A stretch of 64,000 nt of DNA, taken from positions 43,036 through 107,035 of IMG/VR virus record IMGVR_UViG_3300043444_000140; one strand, written 5' to 3'. Every line of letters starts with the position of its first letter. Positions within the stretch are counted from its first letter, which is position 1. Shown piece after piece: positions 10,272 through 19,626 of the stretch. A program made the translations under genes and the position numbers. This DNA comes from a virus. The notes below the pieces were generated by a model. The model saw nothing but the letters and a program-made list of their open reading frames with translations. It was not told where the DNA came from and did not search any database.

Positions 10272-13200
10272 ATGGCTGATTCCCAGACTAATATCAATAT
10301 AAATATTGATACCAGTCAAGCCCTAGCAAACCTGCAGGCTTTGCAGTCTCAGATATCAGCCTTCCAAACCTCGATGGCTCGTGGCACTGCCACGCAAGCA
10401 GCAAACGCTGCCAAACTAAGACAAAACCTAATAAACGACATCAATGCAACTAAAAAGTTTGCAGCAGGTATCACAGATATCAAGACCACTACAGAGTCGT
10501 TTACAACCTCACTTGAGAAAAACAAGTTCTCAATGGGGCAATACTTTAAGTATGCTGGTGGTGCAACAAAGAATTTCGGTAAACTATTCAAAACCGAAAT
10601 GGCAACTATTGATAAGGTTGCTCGTGAACGTGTCAAAGACCTACAGACCCAATACATCCAACTAGGTCGTGACGCAAACGGTGCCATGAAGGCAATTTCC
10701 GTAAGACCACTAGTTCTTGACATGGAAAACCTGGGAACCAAAACAGCCATCGCTGCCCAGAAACAACAGATTCTAAACCAACTCCTAAAGCAGGGGTCAA
10801 CAAACATGCTCAACTGGGGTAAGAACACCCAGTGGGCAGGTCGTCAGTTGATGGTTGGTTTTACAGTTCCTCTAACTATGGCAGGTACTGCAGCAGCCAA
10901 AGCATTCATGGACATGGAGCAGGCTGCAATTAAGTTTAGCAGGGTATACGGAAGTTTTGGAACAACTACTAAAGACGTAGACGCAATGGTAGACTCAGTA
11001 AAGAGACTAGCCTCCGAGTTTACAAAGTACGGTGTTGCGGTGTCAGACACAATGACCATGGCTGCAGATGCTGCAGCAGCAGGTAAAGAGGGCGTTGAAC
11101 TATTAGAGCAGGTAACTAACGCAACCAGGCTTGCAATTCTTGGTAACGTAGATCAGCAACAAGCACTGGAAACAACAATGTCTCTAACAAATGCGTTTGG
11201 TATTGCTGCAGAAGAACTCACAGGGAAGATCAACTTCCTTAACGCAGTTGAAAACCAAACCGTTACCGCCATTGAAGACCTTACAATTGCTATTCCAAAG
11301 GCTGCTCCAGTTATTCAGCAACTTGGTGGAGACGTAGAAGACCTAGCATTCTTCCTAACAGCAATGAAGGAAGGTGGAATTAACGCATCAGAAGGTGCTA
11401 ACGCACTTAAGTCTGGTCTTGCATCTTTGATTAATCCAACCAACAAGGCATCTGAGTTCCTGCAGAGTTTTGGCATTAACGTAAAGAACATCGTTGAGTC
11501 AAACATGGGAGACGTTAAGGGTCTAGTTGTTGAGTTTGCATCAGCCCTCGACACCCTAGATCCACTAAACCGTGCACGTGCCATCGAACAGATGTTTGGT
11601 AAGTTCCAGTTCTCACGTCTATCAACATTGTTCCAGAACGTAATTGACGAGGGTAGCCAGGCAAACAAGGTTCTGGGGCTTACAAGGGCAACCTCTGAAG
11701 AATTGGCAATCCTATCTGAGCGAGAGTTGAAGAAGGTTGAAAGTTCTCCAATGTTCAAGTTCCAGAAGTCAATCGAAGACATCAAGGCAAAACTTGTTCC
11801 AATTGGAGAAGCATTCCTAAAGGCTATTACTCCTGTTATTGATTTCGTAGGAAAGTTCCTAGACGGATTTAATAAGATGTCCGAGGGTGCAAAGAGTTTC
11901 TGGATTACAACCACAGCAATCCTTGCTGGTGTTGGTCCAGCACTTCTAATGACAGTTGGTCTTGTTGCTAACGGTATTGCAAACCTTATTAAGATGTTTG
12001 CATCTATCAAGTCATTCATTAACAGAACTTCGCAAGATACGAATGCTTTGGGTGAATCAACCTCATACATGACCGCAGAGCAGATCAGAGCAGCAGCGGT
12101 CGCTGCATCACTTGAGCAGGTACACCAAACCCTAGAACAAAGATTTACATCAGAAGCAGCCTCAGTAGACAAACTGACGCAGGCTTACGGAAGAAACATC
12201 GCAGCACAATCTGCATACAGTAACGCAAACCTTATTCCAACAACTCCAGTTAGGGGTGCAAAGAAATTTGCAACTGGTGGATTTGTGTCTGGTCCTGGAA
12301 CAGGAACGTCGGATTCAATCCCTGCCATGCTGTCAAATGGCGAAGCAGTTATCCCAGCAAAGTCAGTTGCACAAAACCCTGACCTAGTTAGAGGCTTGAT
12401 TGCAGGAAACGTTAAGGGTTACTCTCAAGGTGGAATTGCTAATGGCAAGGCGGTCGTAGCCTTTGGTGCACACCAACCATTCACAGTCGCTCACGAGATG
12501 ATCGCAAGAATGGGTATGGATATGGCTGCCGAGTCAGGTGCCACATTCAAGCAGTTCTCAACTGCCCAGGGTAAGTCGAAGAGATCTCTACTCACTGACG
12601 ACCTAAAGAAGAAACTTATCCAGGAGTCTATTGGTATAACTCCAGACATTACCAAGAACCCATTCACCCTGATGGAGTCCCTATCTGCACAAGGTATCAA
12701 GGACGTAACCCTACTTCTTGGTCAAGACAGAATGGCTGCTGGAGTATTCGACAAGGCAGCAGCAGACTACGGAATTACTCTACGCAAGGTTGCTATCCCT
12801 AGAGATCCAGGATCACCATCTGGCACCGAGACAAGACTAGCAATTTCAAACAACAACACCAGAAGATATCAGGAACTAATTGCCTCTGGTGCATCTCAGG
12901 CGACCAAGGATGAAGTATTTAAGCAGATGAAGTCTGCCATGTCAATGCCAAAGATGGCTAAGGGCGGTATCGTTTCTGGACCTGGAACAGGAACCTCAGA
13001 TTCAGTTCCAACTCTGCTATCTCGTGGCGAAGCGGTAATCCCTGCTAAGTCGGTAGCAAGCAATCCAGAACTAGTAAGAGGACTGATTGCAAATAACATT
13101 CCAGGATTCAGCGAAGGCTTTGACTCGACAGGACTAATAAGTGCTGCTATGGCTAAGTATCGTGGATCAAAGCCCGAAGTATTCCAGGCTCAGTTTGAAA

Positions 13201-16200
13201 GAGAACTTGAAGACATTCTCAAAACAACTGGAGATACTCAAACAATGCTACTTGAGCAACTTCAAAAGTACGTAGATACAACAAAGACTACTGCAAAAGC
13301 AACCATGAAGAGGTTCATGTCTCAAAACGAAGAGCAGGGGAAAAACCTAAGACCGTTATACAACAGGAAGGCTGCACAACAGGCTGGAGGAGACTTTGCT
13401 CACGTAGAAGATAGCAGGGAAGTTTCTGCACAGTATGTTCTAGACAACAGCCCAAACCTTCAGGCAGGGCACAGAGAGAGACTGGAAAGACTAGTTGCAA
13501 ATAATCCAGATTATAAGGTTATGGCTGGAAGTGGCTTGGGCTTTACTCAGTCAAATGCACTTAATCTAAAAATGAGCAGAGGGAAAAAGAGTGCTCCTGT
13601 AGAAGAATTTTTGGCAGATTTTGAATCAAGAGGTGTCGGAAAATGGACCCAGAGTGCTGAGATTGCTGGTCTTAAGATGGCAGATATTTCTGACGAACTA
13701 AAGATTTACGACGACGCACTTGCTGCTGGGGTAAGGCAATGGCAAGGAATGAATCCAACTCTTGAGTTGACCCAGCAAGAGTTTGCAAACATAGAGCGTA
13801 ACGTTAGAACAACTATCGCACCACAAATACCAGTTGTCGCTCAGGCTTTTGGAGATCTTGCAAATGAACTACATGATCTAAGATACCTTGTGGGAGAAAA
13901 GGAATTTGCAGCAACTGGAATTAAGAAGAACCCATATAGACAGTTCCCAAGAAAGGGCAAAAAATCCGCAACTGATGCATTGTCTCCAGTGCCACTAAGC
14001 GAAATGCCACTAACACTTTCAAATGAATTTGCAGATGAAGCAGCGGTACAGGCACAGACAAAGTCTCCATCTAAGAGAACACGCAAGGTAGCAAAAGACA
14101 CTGTTGATGGATACGTTCTTGAACTTGAGAATGGTGAAGCAAGAGTTGCAGAAGCAGCAGCCACAGCAGAAAAGAAGCGTGGTAAGATGGCTGGCATTGG
14201 CGACAAGGCATCTGGGTTCTTTGCAAGAAGAAAGCAACAGGCTGCACTAGACAAGCAGATGGCTGCAGAAAGAACTGCCATTGCGTCTGAGTTGCTTCTA
14301 GCAACCGATAAGGAGTACGGGGCACTTGCTGCACAAAGACAACTCTTAAACAGAAAGGTAACACTAACTGACGCAGAGTATGCTGACCTATTAAAGACCA
14401 TCAACTTGATGGGGGTAAAGGAAGCAGAGATTGCTACCGACATCAAGAACAATGGTGCTGAGTCTAAGGTACTTAAAGAGAGAATTGCCCTTGCTGCAGA
14501 ACGTGGCATTGCAATTAATGCTGAACAGGCTGCAAACCTAAAGGAACAAAAACTAAGTCGTCGTGAAAGACTGGGCAACTTCGTCAGGGGTGGTGCTGGA
14601 AGAATGTCTGGAATCGGCATGACAGCATCTATGGTTGCTGGCTCATTGACGATGATTCCTGGAGCAATTGGAGAAATGGCACAGAGCATTACCCCAGTAA
14701 TTGGTGGCTTGTCTATGATGTCTATGATGATTCAGGGTCCAGTTAGTGCTGGTATCGTAGGACTAGTCGCTGCCATCGGTGCAGTTGTTTATGGATTTAT
14801 GCAATACAACGCATCAATTGACAAGGGTATTGACAAGGCTCTTGCATTTGGAGATGCTCTAGGAAGCGGTACAAAGGCTATGCAGGGCTTGGCAGAGTTT
14901 GCTGGTAACGTAACCGCATCAGAAGTCCTAGATAGACGTAGAACTCAGGCTGTAAACCCATATCAGGTTGTAAGCGGTAAGACGACCTTTGGAGAGTCAT
15001 ACCTAGAGTCTGATGGTGGCAAGGCAATGGCTAAGGCTATCGGAGACCAGGCTAAGGTTTCTGGTAAGGCTGGCGTTGGTGGAAACATGAAGAACCAACT
15101 AGTATCTGCTGTTCTTTCTGGGGCATTGGGTGCAGCACAGGCTAGAAGCATTGCAGTTAATCTTGGTAGAGAACTTGGCGACGAAGAACTGGGTATTAGA
15201 GTTGCTGGAGAAATTGCAGAACTTGTGGGTCCAAATGGAGAAAACGTTCTTAAGGATGGCTTGGCTATTAGGGTCAAGATGATGCAAGAAACTAGAGGTC
15301 AGATTGGAAGTTCTGCAGCAAACCTAAACCAAATGGGTGGCTTTACAGGAACAGAAATGCTTCAGACTGGTGGTGGCATCGCAGCAGGTGCAGGTGCTGG
15401 AGCCGTTGCAGGTGCAGTGATTGGATCATTCCTTGGACCAATTGGAACTGGTGTTGGGGCTATTGTCGGAACTATTGCAGGTGGAATCACTGGTGGTCTT
15501 CTAGGTGCTCAAGAACATGCAGAACGTCTGGGGTATCTAGCAGGAGCAACCGTATCTATTCAGTCAACTGCACTAGAGCAACAAAAGCAAATGCTAGACT
15601 CTCTAGAACTAGACTACGAGAAGCGTATTGAGGCTGCCAAGGCTGCTGGCGACACCGCAAAGGCAGATGAACTTCAGAACAAGTTGATTGCTGAAAGACA
15701 AAATCTTCTAAAGCAGAACGCACTCACCCAGCAAACAATTACTGATTCGTTTAAGAATTCACAATACCAGAATGAGATGATGGCTGGTGTAGACAAGGCT
15801 ATCGAGAAAAAGTACAAAGACACCCCAATGGAGGACATCGCCAAGGTCGCAAGAGACAAACTAGGTGGCATCCAAAATAGAGAACAGCAATTCACCATGA
15901 AGATGCTTCTCAATACAAACGTAGATCCATTGCAGATGCTTGCCATTACAGACATCATGGGCACCGACCAATCAGCAATCTCTAAGGTTCTAAACATTAA
16001 TGCAAACCTTGGTGGATCAAACCTAAACCAGGTAATGGCAATCTCTGGACTATTTACTGACCAAAATGGCAAGCCAGCCACCCAAATTCAAAAAGACTTC
16101 ATTATCAGGATGTCTTCCGTTACAGACGGAGAGCAAGCAAACAAGTTGATGACTCTATACTCAGAACTTGGAAAGTCTGGTATGGGATGGGTAAATGCTT

Positions 16201-18968
16201 CGGTACTTGTTGACTTTGTATCAAAGAACCCAGCACTCGAAACCAAGTTGATGAATGATATCCAAGAGATCAAAGATCTTCGAGGCAATAAACTTTCAGT
16301 AGACATTGTGTCAAAGGCAAGTATCTTGAATGCAGACGAGATGGCAATCCTTAGAGATGACATGGAGTACTTCAATAGCATTGACACTAAAGAAGGACAA
16401 CAACTATACTTGCAGACCGTTGCAACATATTCTGGAGTTGCAAAGATTGATGACCCAGGATTCCAGTCTTGGCTAGCAGCCGAGGGTAAGGCGTACAGGG
16501 CAGACTCTTATGGATGGATCAAGTATGTAGAGTGGCTAGCACAGAGAGCAACCAACACGAGAATTGGTGCCAATGCCTTTGCAAAGGACCCTAACGATAC
16601 TCCTAGCAGCACAAGCAGTGGTCCATCAGCATCTTGGCTAGACGATTACGTTAAGGGCGTTAGAGACCTAACAAATGCTTCTCAGGGTCTAACAGTTGGC
16701 TATGCAGCCTCGGCAAAGGCTTTAGATGCTTTTGCAAAGAAGAGTTCAAGTTTTAAGAATTCATTTAATGGTCTTGCCAATAACCTATATGCCTCTGGTA
16801 TTAGCCAGGACATCATTGACAACATTCTTGGTATGCCAAAGGAAGAAGCCGAAAAAGAAATGAAGCGATTCTTTGACAAGAATGGCAAGGTAACAGAATT
16901 CCTAAAGAGGCTTCAAAAAACAGCAGCAATCACCAGAATTGCCAAAACAGTAGAGTCTGGACTGCAGTCAACAAGGTCAATCTATGACAGGGTGGATGCA
17001 ACAAAGGCACTAGCCCTAGGCAATAAGAACGCAGCACTAACCTCAGAAATGCTTGCTGATTCAGATATGGTTGTTGCCCTTGCAGGTGTAAAACTTATTG
17101 GCAACCTAAAGGATCAGAAGGATGCTGTAGAGAAGTTGACCAAGGCAAAACTTGCAAGCCTTGCTATGGACAGACTGTCTAAGGGTAAGACTCAGAACGA
17201 AATTGATGATGCTCAAATCAAGATTGACGTTCTAGAGGCTGAAAACAACATCTACCAAAATGGACTAGACATTATTTCCAAGAAGGCAGAAAAGATTGCA
17301 GAAGTTTACGATCGCCAAATCAAGGCACTCCAAGAGGTAAAGTCTGTAAACGACGAAATTTCAAGACAAAAGCAGGGCGAACTAGACATTGCGGATGCAC
17401 TATCTCGTGGTGACATTGGTGCTGCTGCAAAGGCTGCCCAACAACTAAGAGCACAAAATGCACAGGCTGCTGCAGAGGCACAAATGAAGGCTCTAGAAGA
17501 TGCAAAGCAGAGAGCAATGGACTCAATAACTGTAGAGATTAATGGTCAAAAACTAACAAGAGCAGACCTTGAGCAGAAGATGTATGATATCCAACTCCAG
17601 GTTCTTGAGATTAGAAAAGACGAAATTGTTCAAAACGAACTAATTCTTGCACAACAAAGACAAAGTTTAAACAGCCTTATTGCTCAAACAGCAGAGCAGA
17701 TTAAGAGAAATGCTGAAGCAGGCAAGCCAATTACCCAAACCATTACTAAGGTCATTAAGACTGTCAGTTCTGGTAGTGGTGGCAATGGCGGAGGAAATCC
17801 AAATACAACTAATAACAACGATCCAAAAACAGAACTACCAACAACAATAACTCCACCAACCGCCAAGAGTTTGCTTGGTATTGGAACAAGCAAAGCAAAA
17901 GACTCGTCAGTAATTAAGAGCATGGATCCAAAAACAAGCAGTGACAAAGCCATCAAGGACTTTGGAACATTGTTTGCCGAAGGAGATAAGAGTGGGTTCA
18001 CAAACTATGCAACAGATGCGATTGCCAAGCGAGCACTAAGTGCAGACAAGTATAAGGACTGGAAAGCATGGTTTGAAAAGTATTCTGCAGCAGAGACCAT
18101 GGTCTCTTCGCTATACGGTACGAATGCAAAGACTGTTCTTGGAAGCATTAAAACTGGAACAAGAAACAAAGAAAATATTAACAATATTGCTACAAGCATG
18201 TACAATGCTTATGGTGCCAAAGTAACAGGGGAGCAAAAAACCGAAGGCTTTGCAGACCTGTCTCCAGAACTTCGTGGAGCACTTAACTATCTGGTAACCC
18301 TAAATAGCAGTTTCCAGGCAAACAAGCAAGAACTTGCAACCGCTACAAGCACCATTAAGGGTTATAAGTCAGCATATGAAAAGATTGACAGTCTTGCATC
18401 TATGAGAAAAACCTGGAGTGACGCTAAGGGTGCAGCAAAGAAGAATACAGAATATCAAAAACTAATAGATGCTTATGGAGCATCCTTCGATTCAGATGTT
18501 CAGAAATACCTAACTTCTAGCAACTTGATGAAGCAAAATGTGTCCAACGCATATTCAACCAGGAAAGCACTGATAGACGCAAAATACAAAGAGTCAGACT
18601 TTTCTTGGATTCCAGGATACTTCTCTGGAATTGTGACACAAAACCCTGCATACAATGCAGATGTGAATAAGATTATTCCATCTAAGATTAAGTACTACTC
18701 TGTAGGAGATCTTGCAAAGGGCACCGACGTTGTCCCTGCAATGCTAACACCAGGTGAGTTTGTGGTCACTCAGCCAGCAGTTAAGAACTTTGGGGTAGAC
18801 AATCTAAGGGCAATCAATAGTGGCACCTACGGCGGAGATTCAGTGTATAATTATAGTGTCAATGTAAATGTCTCTAATACAGGTGCTAATGCAAATGATA
18901 TTGCCAGAACCGTAATGACACAGATTAAGCAAATTGACGCACAAAGACTTAGGAGCAACAATCTATAA
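10272..18968 (+). CDS. tape measure protein (2898 aa) with embedded nucleotidyltransferase-like domain
   Basis: Longest ORF, Ala-rich helical; TP901-type core (GGINASEGANALKSGL), hydrophobic segments, glycine zipper, SPSK motif, GTD.VPAML..GEFVV motif. Confidence 0.92.
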   Translation: MADSQTNININIDTSQALANLQALQSQISAFQTSMARGTATQAANAAKLRQNLINDINATKKFAAGITDIKTTTESFTTSLEKNKFSMGQYFKYAGGATKNFGKLFKTEMATIDKVARERVKDLQTQYIQLGRDANGAMKAISVRPLVLDMENLGTKTAIAAQKQQILNQLLKQGSTNMLNWGKNTQWAGRQLMVGFTVPLTMAGTAAAKAFMDMEQAAIKFSRVYGSFGTTTKDVDAMVDSVKRLASEFTKYGVAVSDTMTMAADAAAAGKEGVELLEQVTNATRLAILGNVDQQQALETTMSLTNAFGIAAEELTGKINFLNAVENQTVTAIEDLTIAIPKAAPVIQQLGGDVEDLAFFLTAMKEGGINASEGANALKSGLASLINPTNKASEFLQSFGINVKNIVESNMGDVKGLVVEFASALDTLDPLNRARAIEQMFGKFQFSRLSTLFQNVIDEGSQANKVLGLTRATSEELAILSERELKKVESSPMFKFQKSIEDIKAKLVPIGEAFLKAITPVIDFVGKFLDGFNKMSEGAKSFWITTTAILAGVGPALLMTVGLVANGIANLIKMFASIKSFINRTSQDTNALGESTSYMTAEQIRAAAVAASLEQVHQTLEQRFTSEAASVDKLTQAYGRNIAAQSAYSNANLIPTTPVRGAKKFATGGFVSGPGTGTSDSIPAMLSNGEAVIPAKSVAQNPDLVRGLIAGNVKGYSQGGIANGKAVVAFGAHQPFTVAHEMIARMGMDMAAESGATFKQFSTAQGKSKRSLLTDDLKKKLIQESIGITPDITKNPFTLMESLSAQGIKDVTLLLGQDRMAAGVFDKAAADYGITLRKVAIPRDPGSPSGTETRLAISNNNTRRYQELIASGASQATKDEVFKQMKSAMSMPKMAKGGIVSGPGTGTSDSVPTLLSRGEAVIPAKSVASNPELVRGLIANNIPGFSEGFDSTGLISAAMAKYRGSKPEVFQAQFERELEDILKTTGDTQTMLLEQLQKYVDTTKTTAKATMKRFMSQNEEQGKNLRPLYNRKAAQQAGGDFAHVEDSREVSAQYVLDNSPNLQAGHRERLERLVANNPDYKVMAGSGLGFTQSNALNLKMSRGKKSAPVEEFLADFESRGVGKWTQSAEIAGLKMADISDELKIYDDALAAGVRQWQGMNPTLELTQQEFANIERNVRTTIAPQIPVVAQAFGDLANELHDLRYLVGEKEFAATGIKKNPYRQFPRKGKKSATDALSPVPLSEMPLTLSNEFADEAAVQAQTKSPSKRTRKVAKDTVDGYVLELENGEARVAEAAATAEKKRGKMAGIGDKASGFFARRKQQAALDKQMAAERTAIASELLLATDKEYGALAAQRQLLNRKVTLTDAEYADLLKTINLMGVKEAEIATDIKNNGAESKVLKERIALAAERGIAINAEQAANLKEQKLSRRERLGNFVRGGAGRMSGIGMTASMVAGSLTMIPGAIGEMAQSITPVIGGLSMMSMMIQGPVSAGIVGLVAAIGAVVYGFMQYNASIDKGIDKALAFGDALGSGTKAMQGLAEFAGNVTASEVLDRRRTQAVNPYQVVSGKTTFGESYLESDGGKAMAKAIGDQAKVSGKAGVGGNMKNQLVSAVLSGALGAAQARSIAVNLGRELGDEELGIRVAGEIAELVGPNGENVLKDGLAIRVKMMQETRGQIGSSAANLNQMGGFTGTEMLQTGGGIAAGAGAGAVAGAVIGSFLGPIGTGVGAIVGTIAGGITGGLLGAQEHAERLGYLAGATVSIQSTALEQQKQMLDSLELDYEKRIEAAKAAGDTAKADELQNKLIAERQNLLKQNALTQQTITDSFKNSQYQNEMMAGVDKAIEKKYKDTPMEDIAKVARDKLGGIQNREQQFTMKMLLNTNVDPLQMLAITDIMGTDQSAISKVLNINANLGGSNLNQVMAISGLFTDQNGKPATQIQKDFIIRMSSVTDGEQANKLMTLYSELGKSGMGWVNASVLVDFVSKNPALETKLMNDIQEIKDLRGNKLSVDIVSKASILNADEMAILRDDMEYFNSIDTKEGQQLYLQTVATYSGVAKIDDPGFQSWLAAEGKAYRADSYGWIKYVEWLAQRATNTRIGANAFAKDPNDTPSSTSSGPSASWLDDYVKGVRDLTNASQGLTVGYAASAKALDAFAKKSSSFKNSFNGLANNLYASGISQDIIDNILGMPKEEAEKEMKRFFDKNGKVTEFLKRLQKTAAITRIAKTVESGLQSTRSIYDRVDATKALALGNKNAALTSEMLADSDMVVALAGVKLIGNLKDQKDAVEKLTKAKLASLAMDRLSKGKTQNEIDDAQIKIDVLEAENNIYQNGLDIISKKAEKIAEVYDRQIKALQEVKSVNDEISRQKQGELDIADALSRGDIGAAAKAAQQLRAQNAQAAAEAQMKALEDAKQRAMDSITVEINGQKLTRADLEQKMYDIQLQVLEIRKDEIVQNELILAQQRQSLNSLIAQTAEQIKRNAEAGKPITQTITKVIKTVSSGSGGNGGGNPNTTNNNDPKTELPTTITPPTAKSLLGIGTSKAKDSSVIKSMDPKTSSDKAIKDFGTLFAEGDKSGFTNYATDAIAKRALSADKYKDWKAWFEKYSAAETMVSSLYGTNAKTVLGSIKTGTRNKENINNIATSMYNAYGAKVTGEQKTEGFADLSPELRGALNYLVTLNSSFQANKQELATATSTIKGYKSAYEKIDSLASMRKTWSDAKGAAKKNTEYQKLIDAYGASFDSDVQKYLTSSNLMKQNVSNAYSTRKALIDAKYKESDFSWIPGYFSGIVTQNPAYNADVNKIIPSKIKYYSVGDLAKGTDVVPAMLTPGEFVVTQPAVKNFGVDNLRAINSGTYGGDSVYNYSVNVNVSNTGANANDIARTVMTQIKQIDAQRLRSNNL
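12267..12431 (+). repeat. intragenic direct repeat copy 1 (55 aa, FATGGFVSGPGTGTSDSIPAMLSNGEAVIPAKSV...)
   Basis: 41/55 aa identical to copy at 12954..13118 (manual alignment). Confidence 0.95.
12954..13118 (+). repeat. intragenic direct repeat copy 2 (MAKGGIVSGPGTGTSDSVPTLLSRGEAVIPAKSV...)
   Basis: See copy 1; a more diverged third copy lies at about 18693..18825. Confidence 0.95.
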
Positions 18969-19624
18969 TGACCACATCGTCTTATATGGCAGGAAGAAAG
19001 AAGTACGCCAGACCACAGGCACTACTACTCTCTGATGTTCCAGGAACCCTAACAGAGGATGGATTCTACGTACCAGTAGGATACGAGTTGGGGTCTAACG
19101 AAGATATTGTTTCTGCATCATCGGAAGACCTGGGTACATTTCTAATCCTGTCAGACGACAACCGTCAAGACATTTCTTTCAAGCCTATCCGAATCGAAAA
19201 GCGTGAGCGTATGATTAATGGTCGTATGCGTTCATACCACGTAGCAGACAAGTTGCAGATATCCACATCTTGGGAAAGACTGCCATCAAGAAGTTTTGCA
19301 TCTTCTCCAGAATTTGACGAAGAGGGAAACCCAGTTCTAAGAACCAAGTCTACTCTTGCTTCTGGAATGAGCCAGATGTTTACAACAGATGGTGGTGCAG
19401 GTGGCGTTGAGTTGCTAGACTGGTATGAAAACCACAAGGGATCGTTCTGGCTATTTCTATCTTACGACAGACATGATAATTTTGTGGGGGACTACAAATA
19501 TAACCAGTTGCACAAGTACTCAGACATTATAGAAGTATTCTTTACAGACTTCTCATACTCTGTAGAAAAAAGAGGACAGGGCTTTGACTTTTGGAACATA
19601 TCCTTTAGCCTGGAAGAGGTATAG
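18968..19624 (+). CDS. probable distal tail protein
   Basis: Directly follows tape measure; IEKRERMINGRMRSY...FWNISFSLEEV. Confidence 0.6.
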   Translation: MTTSSYMAGRKKYARPQALLLSDVPGTLTEDGFYVPVGYELGSNEDIVSASSEDLGTFLILSDDNRQDISFKPIRIEKRERMINGRMRSYHVADKLQISTSWERLPSRSFASSPEFDEEGNPVLRTKSTLASGMSQMFTTDGGAGGVELLDWYENHKGSFWLFLSYDRHDNFVGDYKYNQLHKYSDIIEVFFTDFSYSVEKRGQGFDFWNISFSLEEV

Positions 19625-19626
19625 GA

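Noticed and set aside
3102-18205. Long minus-strand ORFs (e.g. 3102..3692, 11315..12172, 13841..14689)
   Set aside because: Antisense shadows of strongly biased plus-strand genes; no recognisable motifs or start signals
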